Below are positions 9,666 through 20,262 of a stretch of 64,000 bases of DNA, piece by piece. How positions within the stretch are numbered: the stretch's first letter is position 1; each line of letters starts with the position of its first letter. The position numbers were made by a program, and so were the translations under genes. Source of the stretch: an uncultured Chroococcidiopsis sp. (GTDB lineage: Bacteria > Cyanobacteriota > Cyanobacteriia > Cyanobacteriales > Chroococcidiopsidaceae). The stretch spans positions 294,547 through 358,546 of the forward strand of contig CAXTYC010000002.1 of the NCBI GenBank assembly GCA_964248365.1, given 5' to 3'. The notes below the pieces were generated by a model. That model was given only the letters and a program-made list of their open reading frames with translations, did no database searches and was not told where the DNA came from.

Positions 9666-11726
9666 CTATTTAGCCACTGGTTGTGCTTCTAGATAGGTTA
9701 GTTCTTGGAACTGAATCACGTCTTGGCGGGGATCAACATGGGCAACTTTGACAAAGATTTGTTCGCCCAGAGCTACAGAACGTTTGCAAAACATTGGCAA
9801 CTGTAGCCCTAAATCCTCAATTAGAATCAGTGCCAAACGGCTATCTTCTCGCAGCCACATTAGTATTGTCGCTTGCCATATTTGTTCTGGATGGCGGCGG
9901 AGATATTCTAAACCCCAATAGCGGTTAGTTTGGCGTTCCACCAAAGTTATTTCTTGAGCAGATGCGGTAACACTTTGCATTACTTCTCTGAGTTGTTCTG
10001 CACTAAAGGGGGGTATTTCACCGCGTAGATGTGCCTTGAGTTGAAAGTGGGTCAGAAGGTCGGTGTAGCGGCGAATGGGAGATGTCGCCTGAGTATACAT
10101 TTCCAAACCTAAGCCAGCATGACGTGCAGGCGTAATGCTCATCTCACTTTTGGGCATACATCGACGCATAGCACAAGCACGAACTGGTCCTGCTGGTAGT
10201 TGTAGTAATTCCTCTTGAGGGGGTAACTCTGGCTGAGGCTGACCTCGAAAAGGTAGAGCAAGATTGTGAGCCATCCCATACCTTCCAGCCACTTCCCCAG
10301 CCAAAATCATCATTTCTGCTACCAATTGCCGAGATAGGGAGTCGTTTAAAACCTCAATGATAATTTCGTTGTCTTTGACTTTAATCATTGACTCTGGTAG
10401 GTTGATACTGATTGCTCCTTGAGACTGTCTCCAAGTTTGACGACGTTTTGCCCAAGTAGCGATCGCCTCTATTTCTGGCTCAGCTTCTACCCCCAACTCC
10501 AGCATCTCATCTACATCTTCGTAGGTAAGGCGATAGGTAGGCTTAATCAAACTCGTATGGATGCTGTATTCTTGGATTGCCCCCACTTCATCCAAAATCA
10601 CTCCGAAACTAAGGGAATGGCAAATTTTCCCCTGTACTAGACTCATTGGTCCTGTTGCCAACGCTACCGGAAACATCGGACACATCCCCGTAGGCAGATA
10701 CATTGTTGTACCGCGCCGCCTGGCTTCTAGGTCTAATTCATCCTCTGGCATTAACCAACGGGTAGGATCTGCTATATGCACCCACAAGCGCTGCTGCCCA
10801 GAAGCTAGCAATTCCCAACTTAGACCATCATCAATTTCGCTTGTACTTTGGTCATCAATTGTATAAACTTTCAAATGGGTGAGATCCAGACGCTCTGAGT
10901 CTGGGTCAGGGGGCGGGAAATCCAAACGCTGTTGCGCCACTTCTAATACCTTAGTAGAAAAATCAACTGAGATTTGACTGCGACGTAGAAACAGGTTTTC
11001 GTGAGGACTCCATACACCCAAATCCACCAAAAGTTGAAAAGCTGCTTGGGGAGTAGTGGGTCGTCCCAGAGTATTCATAGTTTCCTGCACCAGGATGGGA
11101 GGGGGGTAGGAACGGACAAGAGCATCTTGATTCAAGCCAAGACGCACTGTATCTGCCAACAGCACTCCATACTTAGCTATAGCATCTAAGCGCTGGCGGT
11201 CGTAGCGCTCCCATTCTACCTTTTTCCCATTAATTGCCCTCTCCACCCGCTGTAAGAATTCTTGCTGCTCCCGCTGTCGATTTGCTTCTACTTCTAGCTG
11301 GTGTTTTCGTTCTGCTACCTGAGCAACGGTTCGAGGCTCGTAAGCGTCTCCCTTTTGCTTGAAATAAAGCTTATCTTCACAGAGTAAACAATGGGCGGCA
11401 TAGCACTGGGGTGGACTTTGATCCGAAAACAGTAGGTTTGCCATTTCGGCTGGGGTAACTGTTTCGCCATCTTCTACCAACAGTTCCCACGCTACTTCTA
11501 GGCTAGAAGGATCGAGTAATGGTTGTACTTCTGCTACAAAAGCGGCTATTTCCGACTGTTTATAAGTTTGACCACGTACCTCATAGGTGATCTGTCGGGG
11601 TGCTAGGCTGTGTGATTGACCACGTTCATCAATGACGAACCAGCGCGTTTTACCGTCAGGACGGTCTACGACACCTAAGCGGCGATCGCCTTGCACCCTA
11701 AATTCAACTAGTGTTCCCTTTTCCAC
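9666..11726 (-). CDS. rnb: Ribonuclease II/R (RNB domain)
   Basis: TIDDQSTSEIDDGLS, VHIAD, TSPIRRYTDLL motifs. Confidence 0.95.
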   Translation of the reverse strand: MEKGTLVEFRVQGDRRLGVVDRPDGKTRWFVIDERGQSHSLAPRQITYEVRGQTYKQSEIAAFVAEVQPLLDPSSLEVAWELLVEDGETVTPAEMANLLFSDQSPPQCYAAHCLLCEDKLYFKQKGDAYEPRTVAQVAERKHQLEVEANRQREQQEFLQRVERAINGKKVEWERYDRQRLDAIAKYGVLLADTVRLGLNQDALVRSYPPPILVQETMNTLGRPTTPQAAFQLLVDLGVWSPHENLFLRRSQISVDFSTKVLEVAQQRLDFPPPDPDSERLDLTHLKVYTIDDQSTSEIDDGLSWELLASGQQRLWVHIADPTRWLMPEDELDLEARRRGTTMYLPTGMCPMFPVALATGPMSLVQGKICHSLSFGVILDEVGAIQEYSIHTSLIKPTYRLTYEDVDEMLELGVEAEPEIEAIATWAKRRQTWRQSQGAISINLPESMIKVKDNEIIIEVLNDSLSRQLVAEMMILAGEVAGRYGMAHNLALPFRGQPQPELPPQEELLQLPAGPVRACAMRRCMPKSEMSITPARHAGLGLEMYTQATSPIRRYTDLLTHFQLKAHLRGEIPPFSAEQLREVMQSVTASAQEITLVERQTNRYWGLEYLRRHPEQIWQATILMWLREDSRLALILIEDLGLQLPMFCKRSVALGEQIFVKVAHVDPRQDVIQFQELTYLEAQPVAK

Positions 11727-11734
11727 AAAATACT

Positions 11735-11950
11735 AAGTAGTGAGTAGTGAGTAGTGAGTAGTGAGTAGGGTAAAGGTGAAAGGGTGAAGGGGAAAGGGAA
11801 AGGGTAAAGGTAATTCGTAATTCGTAATTCGTAATTAATGATTCTCCCCTGCCCCCCTGCTCCTTGCGCCCCCCTGCCCTCTGTCTCCTTCACACTTCCA
11901 GGCCTTCATCCTTCATCCTTAGATCGCCACTCGCCTCTCACCCCTTGCCA
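11735..11950. repeat. Modular repeat cassette (GTAGTGA, AAAGGG, GTAATTC arm; CCCCTG, CTTCATC arm)
   Basis: Seen directly in the sequence. Confidence 0.85.
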
Positions 11951-11984
11951 CTTTTTTAGCATTGGGCATTCAACATTGTGATCT

Positions 11985-12200
11985 TTATCCTTCTGGGTTG
12001 ATGAAGGGTAATAAAGCCACGATCCGCGCCCGCTTAATTGCTAGCGTTAAATCTCGCTGTTGCTTTGCTGTCAACCCTGTCAGGCGACGTGGTAGGATTT
12101 TACCCCTTTCTGTAATAAATTTTCGCAATAAATCTACATCTTTGTAGTCTATTGGATCTTGTGGCTTAATTGGCGAGAGGCGGCGACGATAGAAACTCAT
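11985..12200 (-). CDS. rpsR: 30S ribosomal protein S18
   Basis: [23 protein letters not shown]. Confidence 0.99.
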   Translation of the reverse strand: MSFYRRRLSPIKPQDPIDYKDVDLLRKFITERGKILPRRLTGLTAKQQRDLTLAIKRARIVALLPFINPEG

Positions 12201-12220
12201 GCTTATTTAATTTCCTTTTT

Positions 12221-12415
12221 CTACTTAATTTCTTTATGTACAACGTGACGGTTACAGTGAGGGCAAAACTTTTTCAGTTCTAGCCGTGCCGTAGTGTTGC
12301 GGCGGTTTTTTGTACTGGTGTATCGGGAAACACCTGGCGAGCGCTTATTTAGATTTGTGCGACATTCAGTACATTCCAATGTCACAATGATGCGGACACC
12401 CTTGCCTTTAGCCAT
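12221..12415 (-). CDS. rpmG: 50S ribosomal protein L33
   Basis: LECTEC...[11 protein letters not shown]; adjacent to rpsR. Confidence 0.99.
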   Translation of the reverse strand: MAKGKGVRIIVTLECTECRTNLNKRSPGVSRYTSTKNRRNTTARLELKKFCPHCNRHVVHKEIK

Positions 12416-12679
12416 AATACCAATACTAAAATTTTACCGAAATTTTTCGCAAATATTTATTGTCTCATATTGAGTGTAACTTTTGCAAGTAAGATTTTAA
12501 ATGTGAGATAGAGACAATTAGCTTTTAGCGATTAGCTTTTAGCTTTTAGCTATTAGCCAGTAGCCAGTAACAACACTCATTGACACGCTCTTGTATTAAA
12601 GAACCAAAGAAGCTAGCTCCAAAGAAGATCTACTAATAGCTAAGTGCTAACCGCTAACCGCGTTTATCAACACAAACCA

Positions 12680-13672
12680 ATGATTGAAGTTGAGCATTTA
12701 AGTAAAATTTACGGTTCCCAGCTAGGAATTGGGGATGTCACCTTTAGCGTAGAGCCAGGGGAGATCATGGGTTTTTTGGGACCTAATGGAGCTGGGAAAA
12801 CTACGACGATGCGGATTTTGGCAGGTTATCTACCCGCCAGTAGTGGAACCGCTCGAATTGCTGGCTACGACGTGCATAATCAATCGTTAGCGGTACGAAA
12901 GCGAATAGGATATTTGCCAGAAACACCGCCCTTGTATCCAGAAATGACAGTAGAGGGTTTTCTTTATTTTGTCGCACGACTCAAGGGAGTACCATCCGGC
13001 GATCGCAATCGTCAAGTCAAAGCAGCAATAGAACGGTGCAACTTAGAAGAAAAACGCCTGGTTCTCATCCGCAAGCTGTCAAAGGGATTTCGCCAACGAG
13101 TGGGAATTGCTCAGGCGATCGTCCACGATCCACCAGCGATCATTTTGGATGAACCTACAGTAGGACTCGATCCACGCCAAATCATCGAAGTCCGCAATTT
13201 AATTAAAAGTCTTGCAGGTAGTCACACGATTATTCTTTCTACCCATATCTTGCCAGAAGTAAGCATGACCTGTAACCGAGTCACGATCATCAATCGCGGC
13301 AAAGTCGTAGCTACAAATACTCCTGAAAATCTAGAAGCGAGTTTAGCAGGAGGGGCTGGGTATGAATTAGAAATTGAAGGCGATGCAGCTGCTGCTACCG
13401 AGCAACTATTGCAGCTATTGCCTAGTGTACGGCTAGTAGAATCAATTCCTCTAGGAGCAGATCAAAGATCCTTAACCGCCAATCGTGCTTGTCTGCGAGT
13501 CGTATCCAAACCAGGAACTGAACCAGGCGCGGATATTATTACAGTTCTTGTAGGCATGGGACTAAAAATTTACGAAATGCGGCGGACTAAGGCATCTTTA
13601 GAAGATGTGTTCTTGGAACTGACTACAGAGGAAAAGCAACCGCTGCCAGAGTCAGAAGGAGAAGTTGCTTAA
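12680..13672 (+). CDS. ABC transporter ATPase (GldA-like)
   Basis: GPNGAGKTT, LSKGFRQ, DEPT; likely ATG start at 12680 (MIEVEHL). Confidence 0.9.
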   Translation: MIEVEHLSKIYGSQLGIGDVTFSVEPGEIMGFLGPNGAGKTTTMRILAGYLPASSGTARIAGYDVHNQSLAVRKRIGYLPETPPLYPEMTVEGFLYFVARLKGVPSGDRNRQVKAAIERCNLEEKRLVLIRKLSKGFRQRVGIAQAIVHDPPAIILDEPTVGLDPRQIIEVRNLIKSLAGSHTIILSTHILPEVSMTCNRVTIINRGKVVATNTPENLEASLAGGAGYELEIEGDAAAATEQLLQLLPSVRLVESIPLGADQRSLTANRACLRVVSKPGTEPGADIITVLVGMGLKIYEMRRTKASLEDVFLELTTEEKQPLPESEGEVA

Positions 13673-13673
13673 T

Positions 13674-14486
13674 ATGGGTGTAATACTGGGCAACATCATT
13701 GCCATCTACCGACGGGAATTACAAAGCTATTTTGCCTCGCCTTTAGCCTATGCGATCGCTGGTATTTTCTGGCTGTTATCTGGGTTTTTCTTTGTGCTGA
13801 TTCTCTTGGGACCACAAGGAATTATTCAGCAAGTTGGGCAAAGGGATTTACAAGCACAACAGCTAGGAGTACCTGTACCACCTATAGATGTGGCATACGA
13901 ATTTCTGCAAGCATTTTTAGGCATTATGGGTTCTCTTGCCTTGTTCATTTTGCCGATTTTGTCAATGGGTTTATATGCCGAAGAACGCAAACGCGGAACT
14001 TTGGAATTATTAGCCACATCACCAGTCACAAATTGGGCGGTAGCTGTGGGCAAATTATTGGGAGTGGTGACATTTTTTACCGCTTTGGTACTACCGTTGC
14101 TAGGCATTGAAGCGATCGCCTTGGGTGCAGCTAATCCCCCAGTTCCGCCAGCTGTACCCTTTCTCGGACATCTGGGATTAATTTTATTAGCAGCTGGGGT
14201 ACTATCTTTGGGAATGTTTATTTCTTCCTTGACAGATAGCACTATTCTTGCTGCTATTCTAACCTTTGCCTTAATTTTATTTCTGTGGGTAGTCGATGCG
14301 ATCGCGCAAAATCTTGGTGGTTCAGCCGGACAAGTCTTAGGTCATCTTTCCTTGCTCAAGCATTATACCAACTTGATGCGAGGCATTTTTGATACAACTA
14401 GCCTAGTTGTATTTGCTAGTTACATCATTTTAGGCATCTTTCTCACCGCTCAGTCAATCGATGCCTTGCGTTTCCAGCGCTCATGA
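13674..14486 (+). CDS. ABC-2 permease (GldF-like)
   Basis: RELQSYFASP, AEERKRGTLELL, TM segments; ATG at 13674. Confidence 0.9.
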   Translation: MGVILGNIIAIYRRELQSYFASPLAYAIAGIFWLLSGFFFVLILLGPQGIIQQVGQRDLQAQQLGVPVPPIDVAYEFLQAFLGIMGSLALFILPILSMGLYAEERKRGTLELLATSPVTNWAVAVGKLLGVVTFFTALVLPLLGIEAIALGAANPPVPPAVPFLGHLGLILLAAGVLSLGMFISSLTDSTILAAILTFALILFLWVVDAIAQNLGGSAGQVLGHLSLLKHYTNLMRGIFDTTSLVVFASYIILGIFLTAQSIDALRFQRS

Positions 14487-14487
14487 T

Positions 14488-14560
14488 GATTTTAGATTTT
14501 AGATTTTAGATTTTGGATTAAATCTAGAATCTAAACACTAAAATTTAAAATTGAAAATTT
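14488..14560. repeat. TTTTAGA/TTTTGGA heptamers followed by a degenerate inverted arm
   Basis: Seen directly in the sequence. Confidence 0.8.
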
Positions 14561-14569
14561 AGAATTCAG

Positions 14570-16135
14570 ATGAAAATTGCTCGAAAAAAGAAACAAAATT
14601 ATTGGAAATATTTGTTTTGGCTCGGTCCATTTCTAATTCTCATGGGCTTGTCAGCTGGGGCTGTTTCAGGCACTTGGGGATCGTTACCACTGGGGTTAGT
14701 GATATCTGGAATTGTCCTGAGTGGTTTATGGTTGCTGTTTGGGGCATATAGTACTAACTGGTGGGGGCGGCGTTCTACCCAAGCGGGTACTAATGCGCTT
14801 GTGGCTACCCTTTGTGTGTTAGTCATTCTTGGGTTTTTGAACTTTTTAGCCGTTCGCTACCAGATGCGAGTAGATTTGACAGAAACTGGGCTATATACCC
14901 TCGCACCACAGTCGCAGCAGCTAGTAAAAAATTTGTCCGAACCAGTTAAGGTATGGGTGTTTGATCGCGAACAAAATCCCCAAGATCGGGAACTATTAGA
15001 AAATTATCGCCGTTTTGGGTCGCAGTTTAGCTTTGAGTATGTTGATCCGCAAGCGCGTCCAGGCTTAGCACAACAATTTGGGGTTAAACAATTTGGTGAG
15101 GTTTATCTAGAAGCTAGAGGTATGAGGCGGTTGGTGCAAACGGTGAATCCGCAAGAGCGCTTATCAGAAGTGCAGTTAACCAATAAACTAGAACAAATAC
15201 TGGGCGATCGCACTGCCAAAGTTTATTTTCTCCAAGGTCACGGCGAAAACGCGATCGCAGGTCAACAAGGTGGACTTTCTCAAGCTATCAGCGCTCTGGG
15301 AAACAAGAATTTTACTACTGCACCACTGAATTTACTCCAGCAGCCAGTTCCCAAAGATGCCACCGTTGTAGTAGTAGCTAGTCCTAAACGAGCGTTGTTT
15401 GCACAAGAAGTAAAAGCCTTGAATGATTACCTCAACAGGGGTGGTAGTCTGCTGTTGATGATTGACCCGAATACCAATCCTGGGTTAGATAGTTTGCTGC
15501 AAAACTGGGGAATTACCCTCGACAAGCGTTTGGTTATTGATCCGCAAGGCGCAGCGCTTGGTTTAGGTCCATCGGTTCCTGTCGTAACAAATTACGGTCA
15601 GCATCCAATTACAAAAGATTTTGGTAATGGTTTTTCTTTCTATCAAGGGGCGCGACCAATTGAGATTAAACCTGTAGCTGGTGTACAGGCAACGCCTATA
15701 CTGCAAACTAGTCCTGAAAGTTGGGCAGAAAGCGATTTAAATAATACAGATTTAAAGTTTAATCCCGAAAGCGATATTCGAGGTCCTTTAACTTTGGGAG
15801 TTGCTCTGACTGGCTCGGTACAAGCCCCTTCCAACTCAAAGCAGCCACAATCTAAGCAAAAGCCAACCCAGGCAAGACTTGTTGTGATTGGAAATTCTGA
15901 ATTTGCTACGAATGGACTATTTGAGCAGCAGCTCAATGGAGATGTCTTTCTCAACTCTGTTAGCTGGCTAAGCAATCAAAATCAGCAACAGTTGTCTATT
16001 CGCCCCAAGGAAGCAAAAAATCGTCGTCTCAACTTAACACCCCAGCAAGTTAATATCCTAGGTTGGACATCACTAGCAATTATTCCTCTAATTGGTTTTG
16101 TAACGGCATTCGTTCTCTGGTGGCTACGAAGGTAG
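14570..16135 (+). CDS. GldG-family ABC auxiliary protein
   Basis: DLT..LYTL, VYFLQGHGE, YLNRGGSLLL, RLVVIGNSEF, C-terminal TM. Confidence 0.9.
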   Translation: MKIARKKKQNYWKYLFWLGPFLILMGLSAGAVSGTWGSLPLGLVISGIVLSGLWLLFGAYSTNWWGRRSTQAGTNALVATLCVLVILGFLNFLAVRYQMRVDLTETGLYTLAPQSQQLVKNLSEPVKVWVFDREQNPQDRELLENYRRFGSQFSFEYVDPQARPGLAQQFGVKQFGEVYLEARGMRRLVQTVNPQERLSEVQLTNKLEQILGDRTAKVYFLQGHGENAIAGQQGGLSQAISALGNKNFTTAPLNLLQQPVPKDATVVVVASPKRALFAQEVKALNDYLNRGGSLLLMIDPNTNPGLDSLLQNWGITLDKRLVIDPQGAALGLGPSVPVVTNYGQHPITKDFGNGFSFYQGARPIEIKPVAGVQATPILQTSPESWAESDLNNTDLKFNPESDIRGPLTLGVALTGSVQAPSNSKQPQSKQKPTQARLVVIGNSEFATNGLFEQQLNGDVFLNSVSWLSNQNQQQLSIRPKEAKNRRLNLTPQQVNILGWTSLAIIPLIGFVTAFVLWWLRR

Positions 16136-16312
16136 GGGCGAGTGTAAGAGGAGGGGGAGAGTGGGAGAGTGGGAAAGTGGGAGAGGGGGAGAGTGGGAGA
16201 ATCATTAATTCTGTATTCAGCAATTCTAAATTCTGTCTTCTGTCTCCTGTCTCCTGACTCCACAACTCCTGACTTCTGTCTTTTGACTCCACAACTCCTG
16301 ACTTCTGTTTTC
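16134..16312. repeat. Modular repeat cassette (GGGAGAGT-type arm; TCCTGTC/TCCTGAC/TCCACAAC arm)
   Basis: Seen directly in the sequence. Confidence 0.85.
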
Positions 16313-16313
16313 T

Positions 16314-16916
16314 ATGAAACTACAACGAACTACTCTAATTTTGTTGCTTTTGGCTCTTGGACTAGGGGGCTTTGTCTACTTCTATGAGATTCAAGGTACA
16401 TCCCAAAGGCAAGAAGCCAAGGAACAAAAGCGGCAAATTTTCTCTTTTAAAGAAGATCAGGTACAGTCTTTTACTATCACGACTCAAAACTCTTCTTTGA
16501 GTTTTGAGCGTTCTAATCACGCACCAGGGTGGAGGATGAAGGCTCCCAGTGATAGTCCAGCTAGCGATGCATCTGTATCCTATTTGCTCGATTTGCTGGT
16601 AAGTGGAAAAAGCGATCGCACCCTTCAAGTACCATCGGCTAGGCTGAGGGAATACGGTTTACAACCACCCGTTGCCACTATAGAAATAAAACTTAACAAT
16701 CAGAATCATCGGCTAATTCTGGGCAAGCCGGACTTTAATCACAGTTTTTTATACGCTCAAGCCGATCCCCCACCCTCTCCCAACTCTCAAGTAGATGTAC
16801 TGTTGGTGTCTACAGATTTTGAAAATGCTGTGAATAGATCGTTATCAGAGTGGAAACAACCCCAGCCAAGTCAAACAAAGTCAAAAGTCGAAAGTCAAAA
16901 GTCAAACTTAAAGTAA
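16314..16916 (+). CDS. DUF4340 domain protein (Gld operon partner)
   Basis: N-terminal TM, W...P, EYGLQPP; follows gldG-like gene; C-terminus encoded by AAAGTCA repeats. Confidence 0.8.
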   Translation: MKLQRTTLILLLLALGLGGFVYFYEIQGTSQRQEAKEQKRQIFSFKEDQVQSFTITTQNSSLSFERSNHAPGWRMKAPSDSPASDASVSYLLDLLVSGKSDRTLQVPSARLREYGLQPPVATIEIKLNNQNHRLILGKPDFNHSFLYAQADPPPSPNSQVDVLLVSTDFENAVNRSLSEWKQPQPSQTKSKVESQKSNLK

Positions 16917-17222
16917 CCCACTATTATAGCACAGTTAATTAGATTTGAATGAAAACTAAATTAAGTTAACTGATTTTCCTGCACAATTCTTTGCCAAATC
17001 AGGCTCTTTGCCCAAAAAATCCTGAAATCCATATAACTTAAAGGTTTTAACGATCTATATTTGGCAAGCACACCGTAGAATGAGTCAAAGAAATAACGAG
17101 GCAATGGGAGTTTCAGCCATTTTAATTGGAATTCACATCTAAAGGTGGTTGTCTAATCGCTCTCTAATCTCGAAATTTCAGCTTTATATGAATGGTGGTT
17201 GATCTACTCAAAGGAGATTCAA

Positions 17223-17504
17223 ATGAACAAAGGTGAACTAGTTGATGCTATAGCTGACAAGGCTAGCGTGACTAAAAAACAAGCTGATGCAGTTCTGACA
17301 GCAGCTTTAGAAACAATCATTGAAGCTGTTTCTACTGGGGATAAAGTGACATTAGTGGGCTTTGGCTCTTTTGAGTCACGGGAGCGCAAAGCTCGTGAAG
17401 GTCGCAATCCCAAAACTGGCGATAAAATGGAAATCCCAGCAACGAAGGTTCCGGCTTTCTCTGCGGGTAAGCTGTTTAAGGAAAAAGTTGCCCCCGAAGA
17501 CTAG
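17223..17504 (+). CDS. hup: DNA-binding protein HU
   Basis: MNKGELVDAI...GFGSF...GRNPKTG; AAGGAG RBS before ATG at 17223. Confidence 0.98.
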   Translation: MNKGELVDAIADKASVTKKQADAVLTAALETIIEAVSTGDKVTLVGFGSFESRERKAREGRNPKTGDKMEIPATKVPAFSAGKLFKEKVAPED

Positions 17505-17532
17505 TTATTTTTTAGCGGGGAAACGATATTTG

Positions 17533-18654
17533 ATGCGACCTGTACACGGAGGCAATTTAGCTTGGGCAGCAGCAATATCCGGCTGTTCCCCTGAAGCAAT
17601 TCTGGATTTTTCTGCTAGCATCAGCCCGTTGGGACCACCCAAAAGCGCTCTAGCTGCTATTGGCGCTGGGCTGGACTTGCTTAGCTCCTATCCAGATCCC
17701 GAATATCGCTCACTAAAAGCCGCTCTCAGTCAGGCGCATCAATTGCCTCCAGAATGGATTCTGCCGGGTAACGGCTCGGCAGAGTTACTTACTTGGGCAG
17801 GCTGGGACTTAGCTAAATTAGCCGTGACAATTCTTGTCACCCCAGCCTTTAGCGACTACTACCGCGCCCTGAAAGCATTTGATGCCAAAATTGTACCTAG
17901 TCCACTAGATTTGAAGGCAAGAGGCGAGAGGCGAGAGGCGAGAGGGGAGAGGGGAGGGGCGAGTCTCCCCTGCTCCCCTGCTCTCCTGCCCGTCTGCCCC
18001 CCTGCTTCCAGCAGTGAGCGTGGCTTACTGATAAATAATCCCCACAATCCCACAGGCAAGTTGTTTGCGCGGGAAACAATTTTGCCTTACCTAGAGCAAT
18101 TCGCTTTGGTTGTAGTAGATGAAGCCTTTATGGATTTTCTGCCAACCAATCAAGAACAAAGTCTGATTCCCTTTGTAGAAAAATATCCTAATTTGGTGAT
18201 TTTGCGATCGCTCACCAAATTCTACAGTCTACCTGGACTGAGGGTAGGATATGCGATCGCTCACCCCGACCGACTCCAACGCTGGCAAAAAAGGCGCGAT
18301 CCTTGGGCTGTGAATACTCTGGCCGCCGCCGCCGCAACGGCTGTAGTTCAAGATATAGAGTTTCAAAAAGCTTCTTGGGAGTGGCTACCACCAACTCGCC
18401 AGCAGCTATTGCAGGGTTTATCCCAGATACCAGGATTGCAACCAATAGATAGCGCTGCTAACTTTTTACTGGTAGAGTCAACACAATCAAGTCTTGAGCT
18501 ACAGCAAAAATTACTCCAACAGCATCAAATTTTAATCCGTGACTGCCTAAGTTTTCCCGAACTAGGCGATCGCTATTTCCGCGTAGCTGTGCGCTCAAAA
18601 ACCGAAAACGAGCGCTTAATTCAAGCATTATGGCAGTTGACTACGATGTCGTGA
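17533..18654 (+). CDS. cobD: L-threonine-O-3-phosphate decarboxylase (cobalamin synthesis) with an in-frame repeat insertion
   Basis: HGGN, DFSASISPLG, GNGSAE, NNPHNPTG, DEAF, SLTKFYSLPGLRVGY; ATG at 17533. Confidence 0.9.
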   Translation: MRPVHGGNLAWAAAISGCSPEAILDFSASISPLGPPKSALAAIGAGLDLLSSYPDPEYRSLKAALSQAHQLPPEWILPGNGSAELLTWAGWDLAKLAVTILVTPAFSDYYRALKAFDAKIVPSPLDLKARGERREARGERGGASLPCSPALLPVCPPASSSERGLLINNPHNPTGKLFARETILPYLEQFALVVVDEAFMDFLPTNQEQSLIPFVEKYPNLVILRSLTKFYSLPGLRVGYAIAHPDRLQRWQKRRDPWAVNTLAAAAATAVVQDIEFQKASWEWLPPTRQQLLQGLSQIPGLQPIDSAANFLLVESTQSSLELQQKLLQQHQILIRDCLSFPELGDRYFRVAVRSKTENERLIQALWQLTTMS

Positions 18655-20093
18655 TTATCGGTGGCAGTCCGGCTGGACGGTATGCAGCTGCTATCGCCGC
18701 CCAACTTAAAGCTACTGTTGCTCTTGTCGAACCTGTTTCTAGAGATGGGGGAGAATTAATTCCGAATTCCTCTCACACCCTATCTCACCTAGGGCGGCTA
18801 ACTGGGCAACTAGCAAACGCCAGTCAATTTGGTATTTACTCGAATAACGCTGATTCAGCCAAAAACTACCAATCTATCAACTTTGACCAAGCAATGCAGT
18901 GGGCTATGAGCGTAGTCTCAAATCTAGAGGATCAGAATTCGCCTGCTGTATTAGCTGCTTTGGGAGTTGATTTCATCCAAGGCAATGGTAAATTTGAGCC
19001 ACAACCGCGCCTTGCTTTTGCCGTAGGTGAACGGCGACTGTTAGCAAGATCTTATCTAATTGCCACTAACTCTCGTCCTGCTATTCCAGAGATTGAAGGG
19101 CTGCAAAATACCGACTATCTCACACCTGCTCAGGTTTGGCAGTCCTTATCCCAAACACCACAAGGGCGCACTGTAATCTTGGGTAGCGATCCCACTGGAT
19201 GCCAACTAGCTCAAACCCTGGCGCGGCTTGGCGTAGATGTAACTTTAATTGTCAAGCGTCCCCACATCCTAGCCAAAGAAGATCCAGAAATTGCCCAACT
19301 GGTACAAGCAATTTTGGAAGCAGAAGGTGTGCGCGTCCTCACCTCCACAACTGTGACTCAAGTTAAGGAGATTGGAAACAAAAAGTGGATTCAGGCTGGA
19401 GATGAGGCGATGGAGTTTGACGAAATTTTGGTTTGTGCTGGACAACAGCCTGATTTTGCAGATCTCAATCTAGAAGCAGTAGGTGTTAAACTGCAACGAC
19501 ATCGCCTATTGTTGAATGAAAAACTGCAAACTACTAATCACCGAATTTATGCCTGTGGTGATGCGATTGGCGGTTATCAGTTTGCCAATATTGCTAATGA
19601 TGAAGCTAGCATTGCACTAAAAAATGCTCTATTTTTCGCAGTATTTAAAGTTGATTATCGTCGTATTCCTTGGGTGATTTTTTCTGATCCTCCAATGGCA
19701 CGAGTAGGCTTAAATCAAGTGCAAGCAAGGCGTATATATGGTCATGATGTCTTAATTTTGCGGCAGCATTTTAAGACAGTAGCAGCAGCTCAAATTCAAG
19801 ATCAAATTACTGGGGTGTGTAAATTGATTGTCCGACGCAATGGCATGATTTTAGGTGCTGCCATTGTGGGTTCTGGGGCTGGGGAGTTAATTAATGTAAT
19901 TGCTTTGGCGATCGCCAGCCGTTTGAAAGTAGATGCGATCGCATCTTTAGCCCCCGTCTATCCCAGTTTCTCCGAGATTCTGCACGGGTGTGCTGCCCAA
20001 TATCACCAAGCTAGGCTCAATAGTAACCCCAATTTGCAAAACTTTCTAGAAAGCTTCTTTAATTTCCGGCGCTCTTATAGCAACCCTAAATGA
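18630..20093 (+). CDS. Class-I pyridine nucleotide-disulfide oxidoreductase homologue (mercuric reductase/LipDH-like) with degenerate active site
   Basis: YDVVIIGG..AG, IYACGD, IP.VIFSDP, dimerisation domain; no CxxxxC motif. Confidence 0.85.
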   Translation: MAVDYDVVIIGGSPAGRYAAAIAAQLKATVALVEPVSRDGGELIPNSSHTLSHLGRLTGQLANASQFGIYSNNADSAKNYQSINFDQAMQWAMSVVSNLEDQNSPAVLAALGVDFIQGNGKFEPQPRLAFAVGERRLLARSYLIATNSRPAIPEIEGLQNTDYLTPAQVWQSLSQTPQGRTVILGSDPTGCQLAQTLARLGVDVTLIVKRPHILAKEDPEIAQLVQAILEAEGVRVLTSTTVTQVKEIGNKKWIQAGDEAMEFDEILVCAGQQPDFADLNLEAVGVKLQRHRLLLNEKLQTTNHRIYACGDAIGGYQFANIANDEASIALKNALFFAVFKVDYRRIPWVIFSDPPMARVGLNQVQARRIYGHDVLILRQHFKTVAAAQIQDQITGVCKLIVRRNGMILGAAIVGSGAGELINVIALAIASRLKVDAIASLAPVYPSFSEILHGCAAQYHQARLNSNPNLQNFLESFFNFRRSYSNPK

Positions 20094-20262
20094 TTCATTA
20101 ATCTTCCATTATACCTGTCTTGTGTTGTTTGTCCATAGTCCTTTGAAGAATGACTAATAACCTATGATAAACATTGCAAATTGGTATGAGACTTAATTTT
20201 TTAACTAAATTATTTGCTGACAAAAAAAATAAAATTGAATAGCTTTATCTATAGATAATCAA

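Noticed and set aside
11708..16387. Short ORFs over repeat cassettes (11708-11893, 15982-16263, 16063-16257, 16080-16292, 16169-16387) and other antisense ORFs in the track
   Set aside because: They are low-complexity translations of repeats or shadows of well-supported genes.
17362..17532. Long N-terminal extension of CobD in the ORF track
   Set aside because: It overlaps HU in another frame; recognisable CobD sequence starts at ATG 17533 (MRPVHGGN).
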